Below, piece by piece: positions 8,858 to 19,364 of a DNA stretch of 64,000 nt. Source of the stretch: an uncultured Gemmatimonadales bacterium (GTDB taxonomy: Bacteria > Gemmatimonadota > Gemmatimonadetes > Gemmatimonadales > Gemmatimonadaceae); assembly GCA_963701965.1 (NCBI GenBank), contig OY969695.1, forward strand, positions 1,248,001 through 1,312,000. The letters are read 5' to 3'. Both the position numbers and the translations under genes were made by a program. Below the pieces are notes generated by a model that was not told the origin of the DNA, did no database searches, and was given only the letters and a program-made list of their open reading frames with translations. The first letter of the stretch is position 1. Every line of letters starts with the position of its first letter.

Positions 8858-10008
8858 CTAGGCGCGGGTCAGAAGATAGTCCTCCAGCTTCAGGACGTTT
8901 CGCGCCTTCATGTCCAGGTGCTCGGAGAGTTCGGCGAGCGTAACGTTGCCCGCGCGGTACTGGGAAAACGCGAGGTCGAGGAATGGCCGGCCGAGATACG
9001 CTGCACGCGTGGCGTAGTAGTTGCCTCCGCCAGAGTTAAATGCGTCCTCCTCAGCGGCCTTGTTCCATTTTTGCCGCAGCCTGTCGTAGCGCGCCTGTGT
9101 GACGAGTTGCCGATCCAGCAGCCGGCGCAGAACGACTTCACGACTCACGTTGAACTTGTCAGCCACATCGGAGACGTGTCGCTCCAGATCACCTTCTGCT
9201 ACTACTTTCCATTCGACCGCTGTCGACGGTAATAAGATTTCGGCGGCAAAACGATTGCACGCGACTTCGACTGGTTTGTCAAGGCCAATAAAGTGTGCTG
9301 CGTCGGATGCGGTAACACTATTGATTCCATACAACAAATGCGCCAGCTCGTGAAGCATCGTGAAGATCTGCCGAGTGAACGCGGTGCTGTTGTTGACCAC
9401 AATGATCGGAAATGTCGGGTCGTCTAGTGAGAATCCCGAGATTTCGCGTTGTTTGAACGAGCGCTTGAACACGAAGATTCCCGCGCCCTGTATAGCTTCG
9501 CGCCAGCCATTCGCGGCTTCGCGGTCGCCCTTCCAATCCTGCTGCACGTGCAGCGTCACGCCCAGGACCGCTCGGACCGCAGCGGCGAGCTTAGCGATGT
9601 TGTGGGTAAATTTGGGATGGATCTCTTGGGTGATCGGATGGGTAACGGGATTGCGGCCACCCGTGAGCTCACGGAGCGACTGTTGATACGCGTGAGCATC
9701 GCGAATGGCGAATCGCGTGTCGTTTGCCAGTGCATCGAGGTCCGCATCGGGCAGGGATCGGAACTCGTGCTTGATGGGTGGTTCGTCCGGCGGACTCGGT
9801 AAGAAAAAAGAGCGACCGGCCGGTGGTAGATGCGCTCGGCGAGAGTTTCGAGCTGCTTGAATGTCGGCGCTTGTTGCCCTGCTTCCCAGGCAGCGAGTAT
9901 GTCAGAGGGTTTGCCGAGTGCTTCCGCCGCTGCCTCGACCGATAGGCCGGAGCGCTCACGTGCCCAGATCAGCAGTGCCGGCGTGATGGCGGTGGCACGG
10001 TCGGACAT
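8858..10008 (-). CDS. XRE-HTH + ImmA/IrrE (DUF955) Zn-metallopeptidase, one frameshift at 9804-9809
   Basis: N-terminal HTH (LLIWARERSGLS..AA...WEAG...PTFKQLE.LA). Adding one T to the T6 run restores ALFFLPSPPDE... and joins the frame with RQIFTMLHELAH (HExxH) and E..CNRFAAEILLP. Confidence 0.88.
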
Positions 10009-10125
10009 GCTCTAAAACATAATGGCGGCTGCGTCGAGTCCGCACGCTCCTGGCAGATCGGGAGATTCATCGATCGCCAGGCAGCGGGGGGCACCGTTGC
10101 CACATGGTCGATATCCGCTGGAGCT

Positions 10126-10310
10126 GTGACCGCAAACGCCAGCACGCCTACCTCTGAGCGACGCTCCTCGGCTCCAGACTGGCTTGACCGCTACAACACC
10201 CAGCGACCGCACGACATCCTCGGTTACGTGCCGCCGTTCACCTATCGACCGACACCCACTGCACTCGGCGTCCATTTCGAAACGGTGAGCTTGATGGGGG
10301 AGCTTACCCG
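10126..10310 (+). mobile_element. Degenerate IS3-family transposase C-terminal remnant
   Basis: DWLDRYNTQRPHDILGYVPP matches the IS3/IS481 YN..RPH..LG..PP end motif. Confidence 0.6.
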
Positions 10311-10341
10311 TCATGAAAGTTCACCTCGATAGCTTTCCACC

Positions 10342-10929
10342 ATGACCAACCCCAAACCCGCCGACCTGCCCGTGCGCCTGTTCAAGGATGACGCGGCATG
10401 GGAAGCGTGGCTCGCCAAGCAGCACGCCAAGTCCGCCGGCCTGTGGCTGCGGCTCGCCAAGGCAGCGTCGAACGTCAAATCGGTGTCGTACGCCGAGGCG
10501 CTCGACGTCGCGCTCTGCTACGGCTGGATCGACGGGCAAAAGAAGACGTTCGACGACGCGACCTGGCTCCAGAAGTTCACGCCGCGCGGCAAGCGGAGCA
10601 TCTGGTCGAAGATCAACCGCGAGAGAGTGCAGCGTCTCGTCGAGAGCGGCCGCATGCAGTCACCCGGCCTCGAGGCTGTGGACCGCGCGCAGGCGAACGA
10701 TCAGTGGGACTCCGCGTACGACTCGCATCGAACCGCCGGCGTGCCGGACGACCTTCAGCGCGCGCTCGACGAACACCCGAAAGCGAAGGCGTTTTTCGCG
10801 ACCCTGAACAGCGCGAACCGGTACGCCATCCTGTTCCGGATCCAGACGGTGAAAAGAGCCGAGACGCGCGCGAAGAAAATCGCGCAGTTCGTCGGCATGT
10901 TGGAGCGGCACGAAGTGATCCACTCGTAG
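10342..10929 (+). CDS. YdeI/OmpD-associated (bacteriocin-protection) family protein
   Basis: WEAWL..H....GLWL, Y.EALD.ALCYGWIDG, FTPR.KRS.WS.IN, VP.DL..AL, K.AETR..KI. Confidence 0.9.
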   Translation: MTNPKPADLPVRLFKDDAAWEAWLAKQHAKSAGLWLRLAKAASNVKSVSYAEALDVALCYGWIDGQKKTFDDATWLQKFTPRGKRSIWSKINRERVQRLVESGRMQSPGLEAVDRAQANDQWDSAYDSHRTAGVPDDLQRALDEHPKAKAFFATLNSANRYAILFRIQTVKRAETRAKKIAQFVGMLERHEVIHS

Positions 10930-10987
10930 CAATCAATGGCTGAGCCCGTTGGTGTCAAGCGATGCCAAAGGTGCCCTGGAAGGCAGA

Positions 10988-11034
10988 CGCGCCTGATAAG
11001 CGTGAGGTCGGTAGTTCAACTCTACCCAGGCCCA
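10988..11034 (+). tRNA. 3' half of tRNA-Ile(GAT): pseudo-tRNA, att-like site
   Basis: Anticodon arm CGCGC-CTGATAA-GCGTG, variable loop AGGTC, T arm GGTAG-TTCAACT-CTACC, 3' acceptor CAGGCCC-A. No D arm or 5' acceptor (GGGCCTG) upstream. Confidence 0.85.
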
Positions 11035-11156
11035 CTACTCTAAACATCGAGCCTCGTGCGGTCTCCGGACCGCGCGGAGTATTTCGTTGGAGCTCGGCGT
11101 GGATACGCGTCGAGCCGCGTTGACCGGAGCCGGGCGGCCCGTCAGGTTGTCAGGCT

Positions 11157-12758
11157 ATGATGACCCTCGTCCCCGTAGCGCTCGCGCTCGCGATCTCGGC
11201 GCAGCCGCCGGACTCCACCCTCCGGCACATTTGGACCATCGGTATGGACAGCTCGCGCACTGAGCAACTGTCGCATACCCTGTTCGATTCCATTGGGCCG
11301 CGCCTCACCGGGACCCCGGACTTGAAGCGGGCCAACGATTGGTTGGTACGCACCTACCGATCGTTCGGCATCGATGCCAAGAACGAGCAATATGGCACGT
11401 GGCGTGGGTGGCGACGCGGCTACTCGCACATCGACCTGATCGCGCCGCGGGTCCGGTCGCTCGAAGGGACAATGTTGGGATACAGCCCCGGCACGAACAA
11501 GAAAGACCTGACGGCGACGACCGTCATTCTGCCCCGATTCGCCGACAGCACGGCGTTCGTCGCCTGGCTCCCCAATGCCAAGGGCAAGTTCGTGCTCGTC
11601 GCGGGCGCGCAGCCGACGTGCCGCCCGACCGAGGACTGGGAGCAGAACGCCACCCCCGCATCCAAGGTGCGGATGGACAGTCTCCGCGACAGCGTTCGCC
11701 GGGAGTGGGGTGGCAAGAACGTGCGCGGCACCGGGTACAGCCTCGCGATCGGAACGGGTGAGCTGGGCCTCAGGCTCGAGGCGGGCGGGGTCGCCGGCAT
11801 CATCACGTCCCGCCCGAAGAACGGGTGGGGAACGATCGAGATCTTCGAGACCTACGACACCCGCGCCCCAGCGATCGCGCTATCGTGCGAGGACTATGGC
11901 CTGCTCTACCGGCTGACGGCCAGCGGCGTCGAGCCCAAGCTGCGTCTCAACCTCGACGCGGAGCTCATGGGCGAGCAGCCGGTGTTCAATACGGTCGCCA
12001 TGGTCCGCGGGAGCGAAAAGCCCGACGAATATGTGGTGCTGTCGGCGCACTTCGATTCGTGGGATGGCTCCTCCGGCGCGACCGACAACGGCACCGGAAC
12101 GGTCACCATGCTGGAGGCGATGCGGATCCTGCGGAAGGTCTATCCGCACCCGAAACGGACCATCATCGCCGGGCACTGGAGCGGCGAGGAGGAGGGCGAA
12201 GTCGGGTCGAAGGCGTTCAGCGAAGATCACCCGGAGATCGTTCGGGGACTCCAGGCGCTGTTCAACCAGGACAACGGCACCGGACGCATCGTGCGGCTCA
12301 ATGCGGGCGGGTTGCCCAACGCGGCGGAGCACATCACCCGGTGGCTGGCGGCCATTCCGCCCGAGCTCACGAGCCAGGTCAATTTTCCTGGGCCGGGGTT
12401 GCCGGCCGGTGGGGGCAGTGATGACTTCTCCTTCGCGTGCTACGGCGCGCCGGCCTTTGGGCTGGGAGCCCTGCCCTGGGACTACGGGAACTACACCTGG
12501 CACACGAATCGCGACACCTACGACAAAATTGTCTTCGACGACCTCAAGTCGAACGCGACACTGACCGCGATGTTGGCGTACCTGGCCTCCGAGGATCCGA
12601 CGCTGATCACGCGCGAGCGCATCGATCTCGCGGCCGCCGCCGCGGCGGCCCAAGCCGCCCCAGGGAGCGGCGCTACTGGCGCGCGGCAACGTCCCATCCC
12701 GACGACCTGGCCGGTGTGCGCGAAGGCGCCGCGGACCACCAGCCCACGACTCAAGTAA
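11157..12758 (+). CDS. Secreted M28-family (M20/M25/M40 clan) metallopeptidase
   Basis: Signal peptide; DSIGPRLTG, LSAHFDSWD, GATDNGTG, WSGEEEG, WHTNRDTYDK. Confidence 0.9.
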   Translation: MMTLVPVALALAISAQPPDSTLRHIWTIGMDSSRTEQLSHTLFDSIGPRLTGTPDLKRANDWLVRTYRSFGIDAKNEQYGTWRGWRRGYSHIDLIAPRVRSLEGTMLGYSPGTNKKDLTATTVILPRFADSTAFVAWLPNAKGKFVLVAGAQPTCRPTEDWEQNATPASKVRMDSLRDSVRREWGGKNVRGTGYSLAIGTGELGLRLEAGGVAGIITSRPKNGWGTIEIFETYDTRAPAIALSCEDYGLLYRLTASGVEPKLRLNLDAELMGEQPVFNTVAMVRGSEKPDEYVVLSAHFDSWDGSSGATDNGTGTVTMLEAMRILRKVYPHPKRTIIAGHWSGEEEGEVGSKAFSEDHPEIVRGLQALFNQDNGTGRIVRLNAGGLPNAAEHITRWLAAIPPELTSQVNFPGPGLPAGGGSDDFSFACYGAPAFGLGALPWDYGNYTWHTNRDTYDKIVFDDLKSNATLTAMLAYLASEDPTLITRERIDLAAAAAAAQAAPGSGATGARQRPIPTTWPVCAKAPRTTSPRLK

Positions 12759-12844
12759 GCAGCGCGGCGACACCACGACGCGTAGTACTAGCGACGACCT
12801 GAATGAATTTTCGCGTCTTTACACGCAACCCGAACCTGATTTTC

Positions 12845-13601
12845 ATGCGAATCGTACGAGTGTTGTGCTTGGCGTTTGTCGGCGGAGCGGCGATGTCGGC
12901 CCGTATGGCCGGAGCCCAAGACATCCATGACGTGGTGATCCGCCTGCACCGGTCGGGTGACACCGCGTCTGTCCGGGGCGCGGTCGTCACGCTCGATCAC
13001 GACCTCGAGGCGGGCAACACCGATTCCGCTGGCATCGTGCGGGTGCCCGATCTGGACGATGGTGGGCACATCATCGAGGTGGTCGCGCACGGCTACCAGT
13101 CGTATTGAGTACAATTTCAACACCGGGCCGAACATCAAGCAGCCCATCCAGCTCGAGCTCATCCCCATTCTGGCGTCGGACACGGCGAAGGCCAAGGGAC
13201 AAAAGACGGACCTCACGCTCGCGGGGTTCGACGCTCGGCGAACGAAGGGACAAGGCAAGTTCTTCACCCGCGCGCAGCTCGATGCGGCCACCGGACGCCC
13301 GCTGGCGAATGTGCTCAACGTGGATGCGGGAGCGTTTATCGTTCCGGGACCACACGGAGAGTCCTTGCTCGCCATGCGGTCGTCGGGGAGCGCGTCCTCA
13401 CGCTGCTACGCTGCGGTGGTGCGCGACGGCGTTCGGGTCTATCCGTATGCCGGCGCCCAGCCGCCCAACCTCGACAAGATCTTCCCCGAGGATCTCGCCG
13501 GGATCGAGTTCTACGCGCAGTCCGCGACGGTGCCCTCCGAGCTTCACGATGCCGCGACCTGCGGGGCACTCGTGCTCTGGAGCCGTAACGGGTCCCACTA
13601 A
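12845..13601 (+). CDS. Exported carboxypeptidase-regulatory-like + TonB-plug-like protein, frameshift near 13105
   Basis: Signal peptide and GA.V.L....TD..G domain in ORF 12803-13108. Continues in ORF 12957-13601 with GF..RR..G.G.F.TR..L and LAGIEFY....P...CG.LV.W. Confidence 0.65.
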
Positions 13602-13622
13602 CCGACCTACCGCCGAGTACAC

Positions 13623-13662
13623 AAACGAAAGGCGCCCGGAGAACCGGACGCCTTTCGTTTTT
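13623..13662. terminator. Bidirectional rho-independent terminator
   Basis: AAACGAAAGGCG(C)CCGG-AGAA-CCGG(A)CGCCTTTCGTTT hairpin with A and T tails, between convergent genes. Confidence 0.85.
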
Positions 13663-13681
13663 CCGCTGCGTGCCGCCCGCG

Positions 13682-15574
13682 TTACTTCGATGCCACCGCC
13701 AACTGCTTGATCGCGCCGGACATCATGCGCACGCGCGCCGCGTCTTTGGCCCCGCTCGCGTCGGCGTCCACCTGCTTCGTCGAGCGCGGTGAGCGCCGCG
13801 GCACGCGCCGCACCGCTCTTCTTCTCCGCGGCGTCGAGCGCGGCCGAAATCGCCGAGGTGCGATCGGAGGAGAGACCTTCGTTGCGCACGAACTGGTCGA
13901 GGTACGAGCGCACCACGACGAACGCCGCTGGCCAGACGAGCTTCGGCTGGCTCTGCGGGTTGTACTCCTTCATCGTCACCAGCTTTGCCGCGGCGATCTC
14001 GTTCGCCGAGAGCTGCGCGCTCGGCGTGAGCTCCATAGACGTCGAACCCGCGGTCGAGCTCCGACGAGTAGATATAGCCGTTCCAGTAGTACGCGCCCCA
14101 TGATCCGCCGATCGTGTAGCGTGAGCGCGAATTCGCGTTCGTCGTATCGTTTGGCGGGTCGATCGGACCGCGATCGAAGTACGCGATCTCGGACGGATGG
14201 TTCGCGTCCGTGAAGTCCATGATGTCGACGCCACCTTGGTACCAGCCCTGCACGTAGAGGTCGCGCCCCGGCACCGGGACGAGGCCCCCGTTGTGCGAGA
14301 CGCAGTTCTCCTGCGCAGTTTGCGCGTCGGGAAGCTTGAAGTAGGCGTTCTGGGTCAGCTTCTTGTTGTCCGCGCTGGAGGTGACGATCGTGTTGCCGCC
14401 CAGCTCCATGATGCTGCCGGCCTGGCACATCGGGCCCGTGCCACCGCCCCACTCATCGGTCCAAGGGTCTTCTTGCCATCGTTGCTGAACCCGGCGGTGT
14501 GCCGGCCCTGGAAATTGTTGGTGTCGGTAATGGCGGACAGCCGCACCGGCTTCTCCGGGTTCGAGATATCGACCATGATGGCATGGCTCGAGCATGCGGC
14601 GGCGAGCAGGTGCAGCGCCGGGTACGCGGTCACGTCGTGGCAGTTGTGCGGGCCCGAGTGCTGCAACGGTCGGCATAGACCGCCGAGTCGGGACCACCAC
14701 GTACGCGGCCACCCCGCTGGACGGTTGGGATCCGTCGGGAGCGCAGAGCGTGGCGCACGCCGGGGCCACATCGAGGCCAGTGAAGATCCGCGCGCCCGGG
14801 ATCACTTCGGCCCGCTCGGGGTGATCGAGCGGCACCTTGATGATGTCGAGCTGATACAGCGAGTTCGTGGGGTCCGCGGGGTCAGTGCCGTTTTTACACC
14901 CGGCCATTTCCGTGGTCCGGCCGCGCGGCCTGCTGTCCCGAGACGTAGATATAGATGATGTTCTTATCCGTCGGGCTCGGGATGACGGTGTGCGTGTGTG
15001 AGCCTTTGCAGGTCTGCACGTTCTTGATCAGCTTCGGCGCGTGCTCGGTTAGAGACGTCGATAGATGCGCACGCCCGCCATGTGGTCCTTGGGGTCCTGC
15101 ACGCCGCCCTTGCCGCAGTCATTGCGATTGCCCGCGCCCTCGGCGGAGACGAACAGCAGGTTGCCGACGATCGACGGGTCGCCTTGCGACGTGATGCACT
15201 CCACGACCGACGCGACGACCGGCTTGGCCGGGTTGGCCACGTCCCACACCGTGAACCCGGCGAAATTGCCCTGGTACGCGTAGTGGTTGTTGCCGAACGC
15301 CAAGTCGGAGTTGATGAACGTCAGGCCGCGCGCCGTGTCGAACTGCGCGCGGCTTGGGCGAGAACGACACGAGGCGCATGTTGCTCTCCGCCTCTCCGGC
15401 GTCGAACCGGCCCGGCTTGAGGGTGCTCCGCGGATCGGTGGCGCTCGGATAGGTCTGTGCCGACACGAGCGCCGGCGCGACGAGGGTCGCAACGAGGCCT
15501 ATCAGCTTGCATCGAACTGCGCATCGGGACGGACTCCGGTGGCTGGGGTGATACGGGCGACTACGGCAGTTCAC
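13682..15574 (-). CDS. LVIVD-repeat beta-propeller protein, multiply frameshifted
   Basis: Pieces in several frames: NSDLAF..HYAYQGNF.GF.VWDV.NP, CITSQGDPSI.GNLLFVS, NCHDVTAYP, ENCVSHNG, QGWYQGG, EIAYFDRGP, GSWGAYYWNGYIYSSE. Confidence 0.75.
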
Positions 15575-16195
15575 TTCGCGGGCAGCTGCGTGAATACAAC
15601 TTCTGCATGATGCCGATCTCGACGGTTTGCATCGTGACGACGTCGTTCGCGAACACGTTGACGTCGACTTCCTGTCCGGCGACCGGGGCGTTGAAAAGGT
15701 CGTCGCACCATCTTCAGCGCGCCGGCGTGGTGCTGGATCATCAGGCGGAGGTACGCGCGGTCGAAGTCGACCCCCTTGGCCGCTTCGAGCTCGGTGAGTT
15801 GAGCGGGCGTCAGCATGCCCGACATCATCACGTGGTGCCAGGACGCCGTGTCGGGCGCGAACTGGTTGTTGCGCCGGAGCCAGGCCTGCATGATCCGAAT
15901 CTCCGGCACCTGCGACTGATCGATCTTGTTCGAGAGCTTCAGCACTTGTGGATTGGCGCCGTGCGACTCCGCCAGCCGGGACATGACGATCGCCTGCGCG
16001 TGGTGCGCGATCATGCCCTGCATGAACTCGACGTCGGCCTTGGTGTACAGAGCACCGCTCGGGATCACGATGTCATGCCCCATGTCCATGCCGCTCATTC
16101 CATTCATGCCGCCAGCCTGGCAGAGCGCGAGCGATGGGCCGCCGAGCAACACGGCGGAGAATACGCAGCGCGCCGGCAAAGCGTTTGGTCGTCAT
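15571..16195 (-). CDS. DUF305-domain (ferritin-like) exported protein, frameshifts near 16165 and 15710
   Basis: ADVEFMQGMIAHHAQAI.MS, Q..EI..MQ.W, FDR.YL.LMI.HH.GA..MV; GAAGGAG RBS before ATG 16195. Confidence 0.8.
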
Positions 16196-16544
16196 GATGA
16201 CTCCTTCAGTCAATGGGCTTGGCAAGGGGGAATAGATACGCGGTATCGGGTTCGCTCACCAGAATGTGGTCACATCGACGGAGCGACTGCTCAAGACCAC
16301 GAAATTTTTTGCAATCGAATTGCGCTGCGTCTCGGCGAATCATCTCTCGAGAAGCTCAATGACGGAGCAGTCTCCTGCCCCTCACGGACCAACGGCCTAC
16401 GTGTTGGTGAACGCCACAGGCATCGGGATCGTTGAGACCGGTCGCGAATTTTCTGACGAACATTTGACTGCCCGCGGGCGTGCTCACCAACCCCTGTCGG
16501 CACGTCGGATCGCGCGGGGAACGCGGTATGCGGCGTTCACTGAT

Positions 16545-16829
16545 ATGGGCGCCAACACGAAAAAGCGGATCGTAATCACCGGCGAAACCGGACTCATTGG
16601 GTCGAAGCTCGCCGTACGTTTACGGGATCACGGCCACGACGCCGTCCCGGCGGCGCCGAACACGGGCCTCAACACCCTCGCTGGGGAGGGATTCGACGAC
16701 GGCGCAATGCCGCTCGCCGAGGGCAGACTCGGTGCCCCGCTGCGCGCGCAAGAACCCGCGCCGGCCAACCTCCTGGCGATGCTCGTGAAGGACAAGGGCG
16801 CTCCGGCGCTGGTGCCCGTCAAGGAATGA
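16545..16829 (+). pseudogene. Chimeric remnant: SDR/NmrA-like N-terminus joined to a cupin-like C-terminus
   Basis: RIVITGETGLIGSKLA.RLR.HGH.AV.AAPNTG.NTL.GEG followed directly by PANLLAMLVKDKGAPALVPVKE; only 94 aa. Confidence 0.55.
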
Positions 16830-18142
16830 GCGGTCGCCCGCGCGTCGTCATCGTTGGCGGCGGGTTCGGCGGACTCAGCGCGGCGCGCGCATTCGCCCGG
16901 GCACCCGTGCAGGTGACGCTGATCGATCGCCACAACTATCACCTGTTCCGGCCCCTGCTTTACCAGTCGGCCACAGGACTTCTTTCCGCCGACGAAATCG
17001 CGGTGCCGCTGCGCGCTATCCTGCGCCGGTCTCCAAACATCGAGGTCCTGATGGCCGAGGTGACGGGGGTAGACGGCGAGCACCACGCCGTCTTGGCCGG
17101 CGATGATCGCATTGCCTACGACTACCTCGTGCTGGCCACCGGCGCCGAATACAACTACTTCGGCCACGCCGACTGGCAGCGGGTGGCGCCCAGTATGATG
17201 TCGGTGTGGGATGCGGGAAGGGTCCGTGGGCATATTCTGCGCGCCTTCGAAGTGGCCGAAGGCGCGGCCCGGGCGGGCGCCGACCAGACGGTTCTGCGAG
17301 AGTGGTTGACGTTCGCCCTGGTGGGCGGCGGGACCACGGGCGTGGAGCTCGCGGGGTCGATCGCGGAGCTCGCGCACCAATCACTCGCGGGCGACTTCCG
17401 GCATATCGATCCCAAAGCGGCGCGTATCGTCCTGATCGAAGCTGCCCCCCGGCTCCTTCCCGACTTTCCGGAGTCCCTGGCCACCGCCGCGCGGCGGCGG
17501 TTGGAACGATTAGGGGTGGAGGTCCGCACCAACACATCGGCCCAGCACATCGACGGCACCGGTCTGACCATCGCGGACGAGCGCATCGCGAGCCGGACCA
17601 TCCTGTGGGCAGCGGGCGTGCATGCGTCGCCCGCGGGCCGGTGGCTGTCCGCGCCGATGGACCGCAACGGCCGCGTCTTGGTCAATCCCGACTTCACGGT
17701 TCCCATGCAACCCGACGTGTACGTCATCGGTGACGCCGCTCACCTCGTAGCACCCGCCCGCAACCTGCTCGGGCGTCCGATGCGGGGAGTCGAACAACTC
17801 CCGGGCGTCGCGCAACCGGCGATCCAAGCCGGCCGATATGTGGCGTCGCACATCATCCGGCGCGTTCGCGGGGCGCCGCCGCGCGCATTTTGGTACTGGG
17901 ACAAGGGCAATCTCGCCATCGTCGGACGCACCTTCGCGATCGCCGACCTCAAGGGGGTCCGGTTTTCCGGATTTTTCGGATGGTTGCTGTGGATCGGTGT
18001 CCACATCTACTACCTCATCGGCTTCGGCAATCGCACGGTGGTACTCGCGCAGTGGGCGGGCGCCATCCTGTTCAATCGACGAAGTGTCCGGATCTTTCCG
18101 CCCTCCGGTCGCAATACCACGACGCCCTTCCACGCCGACTGA
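16826..18142 (+). CDS. ndh: Type II NADH dehydrogenase (NAD(P)/FAD oxidoreductase)
   Basis: VVIVGGGFGGL, NYHLF.PLLYQ, VGGG.TGVELAG, WAAGV, VIGDAA, PGVAQPAIQ, F.Y.DKG.LA..GR. Confidence 0.9.
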   Translation: MSGRPRVVIVGGGFGGLSAARAFARAPVQVTLIDRHNYHLFRPLLYQSATGLLSADEIAVPLRAILRRSPNIEVLMAEVTGVDGEHHAVLAGDDRIAYDYLVLATGAEYNYFGHADWQRVAPSMMSVWDAGRVRGHILRAFEVAEGAARAGADQTVLREWLTFALVGGGTTGVELAGSIAELAHQSLAGDFRHIDPKAARIVLIEAAPRLLPDFPESLATAARRRLERLGVEVRTNTSAQHIDGTGLTIADERIASRTILWAAGVHASPAGRWLSAPMDRNGRVLVNPDFTVPMQPDVYVIGDAAHLVAPARNLLGRPMRGVEQLPGVAQPAIQAGRYVASHIIRRVRGAPPRAFWYWDKGNLAIVGRTFAIADLKGVRFSGFFGWLLWIGVHIYYLIGFGNRTVVLAQWAGAILFNRRSVRIFPPSGRNTTTPFHAD

Positions 18143-18185
18143 CGTGGGAGGGCGTTCCCCTCATGAGAGGCATCCCAACCGGATG

Positions 18186-18521
18186 CTACTCGTGATGATC
18201 CGGCACCGTCTGGGCGTGCGCGGCCTTGCCCTGCGCGTACCGCTGCGCGAGGTCGTCGTTCTCGTGGGCGTGTCGCTGCACGCGCTGATCCGACGATTCG
18301 TCGGCGCGAGGGTTCGCGACCTCCTGACTGTGCCGGGCGTCCATCTCGCTCCGCTGGCGATGGTAGTCCTGGTCCAGCGGACCGGAATCCCAGGCGACCA
18401 CCGTGGTCGAGTAACTCGGATCGGGCTCGCTTCGCGCGTGCCCGCCGTAGGAGCTGCAGCCGGCGAGCGTGGCGAGACTGGTGAGGAGAGTCAGGACCTG
18501 CACAGAGCGTGGAACGCGCAT
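18186..18521 (-). CDS. Small lipoprotein, His/Asp/Arg/Gln-rich
   Basis: GGAGG RBS; MRVPRSVQVLTLLTSLATLAGC lipobox. Confidence 0.65.
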   Translation of the reverse strand: MRVPRSVQVLTLLTSLATLAGCSSYGGHARSEPDPSYSTTVVAWDSGPLDQDYHRQRSEMDARHSQEVANPRADESSDQRVQRHAHENDDLAQRYAQGKAAHAQTVPDHHE

Positions 18522-18637
18522 GGGCCCTCCCGGGCCGCAAGTGTGGCACGACGCGCAAGTCGGTAAGTCCGCCATGCGCGCGCGCCATCACTGCCTGGAT
18601 CAATATATTGCGCACAACTATATAATGCCAGGCCAAA

Positions 18638-18666
18638 TTGAATAACATTTACTTTTGCACTATATT
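18638..18666 (+). promoter_or_regulatory. Sigma70-type promoter (leaderless) for 18674
   Basis: TTGAAT (18638-43), 17-bp spacer, TATATT (18661-66), ATG 7 nt downstream, in an AT-rich patch. Confidence 0.6.
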
Positions 18667-18673
18667 ATTGCTC

Positions 18674-18901
18674 ATGACACAGGAGAGGACACGGACCCTG
18701 TACGCCGATCGCCTCGGCACGGCCGTCGACCCACGATCCGCCGTAGGCATGGCGCGCGCGACCCTCGGGCATGACGCGGCACGCGGCCAATGGCGCCGGC
18801 CCCGTGCCTCTCGCGCCGGCGTCGAAGTGGTGGGACTCGTCCTGTGGTGGGGCATCGTGACCGCCGTGCTGATCGCGGGCGTGACGTACGCCATGCGATA
18901 G
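18674..18901 (+). CDS. Small protein with C-terminal TM helix
   Basis: 75-aa ORF behind a good promoter; ends VVGLVLWWGIVTAVLIAGVTYAMR. Confidence 0.5.
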   Translation: MTQERTRTLYADRLGTAVDPRSAVGMARATLGHDAARGQWRRPRASRAGVEVVGLVLWWGIVTAVLIAGVTYAMR

Positions 18902-18909
18902 AGGCTGAC

Positions 18910-19260
18910 TCAGCGTGCCGCGAGCGCCTGCTCCGCCTGCCACAGGTGTCGCCGCTCGTGCGCCAACGTCACCAGAAAGTACGAGAGGAGATTGTAGCGC
19001 ACCCGGGCGTTGAATAGCGACGCCACGCGGATGGCGTCGAGCTGGAGCCCGTCCGCCTCGACGAGGCACGCGCGCTGGCGCTCCTGCGACTGTTGGAACA
19101 GCGGCCACGCCGGTGTACCGTGCGTCGTCACCGCGGGGTCGATGGTCGGGATCGTGTTCACGCGCACGCGATAGGCGGCTCGAGTGTCCAGGCGAGGATC
19201 CGGCCGACGAGGTCGGGGCGGCTCGGTTTGCGCTGCACTACACCGCGGCGCCTGGCGTCG
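18910..19260 (-). repeat. Diverged direct-repeat copy of the 3' ~350 bp of the DinB-family gene (20060-20411); pseudogene
   Basis: Aligns colinearly with 20060-20411, roughly nine in ten bases by eye, with a 1-nt deletion near 19173 and no 5' part. Confidence 0.92.
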
Positions 19261-19324
19261 CCACGCACGTTTGATTTGCTTAGCACCCAGCCGATCCTTC
19301 CGGTGCCTCGACACGGCACCAACG

Positions 19325-19346
19325 GTATTACTATTCTCTGTAATAC
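19325..19346. promoter_or_regulatory. Palindromic operator upstream of vapBC
   Basis: GTATTAC-N8-GTAATAC perfect inverted repeat 18 bp before the antitoxin start. Confidence 0.65.
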
Positions 19347-19364
19347 TCATACCAGGACCGAGCA

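Noticed and set aside
10937..11037. Functional tRNA-Ile gene
   Set aside because: No 5' acceptor strand or D arm is present; only the 3' half exists.
13100..13110. Selenocysteine or readthrough TGA in the 12845 gene
   Set aside because: The downstream protein-like sequence is in a different frame, so this is a frameshift, not readthrough.
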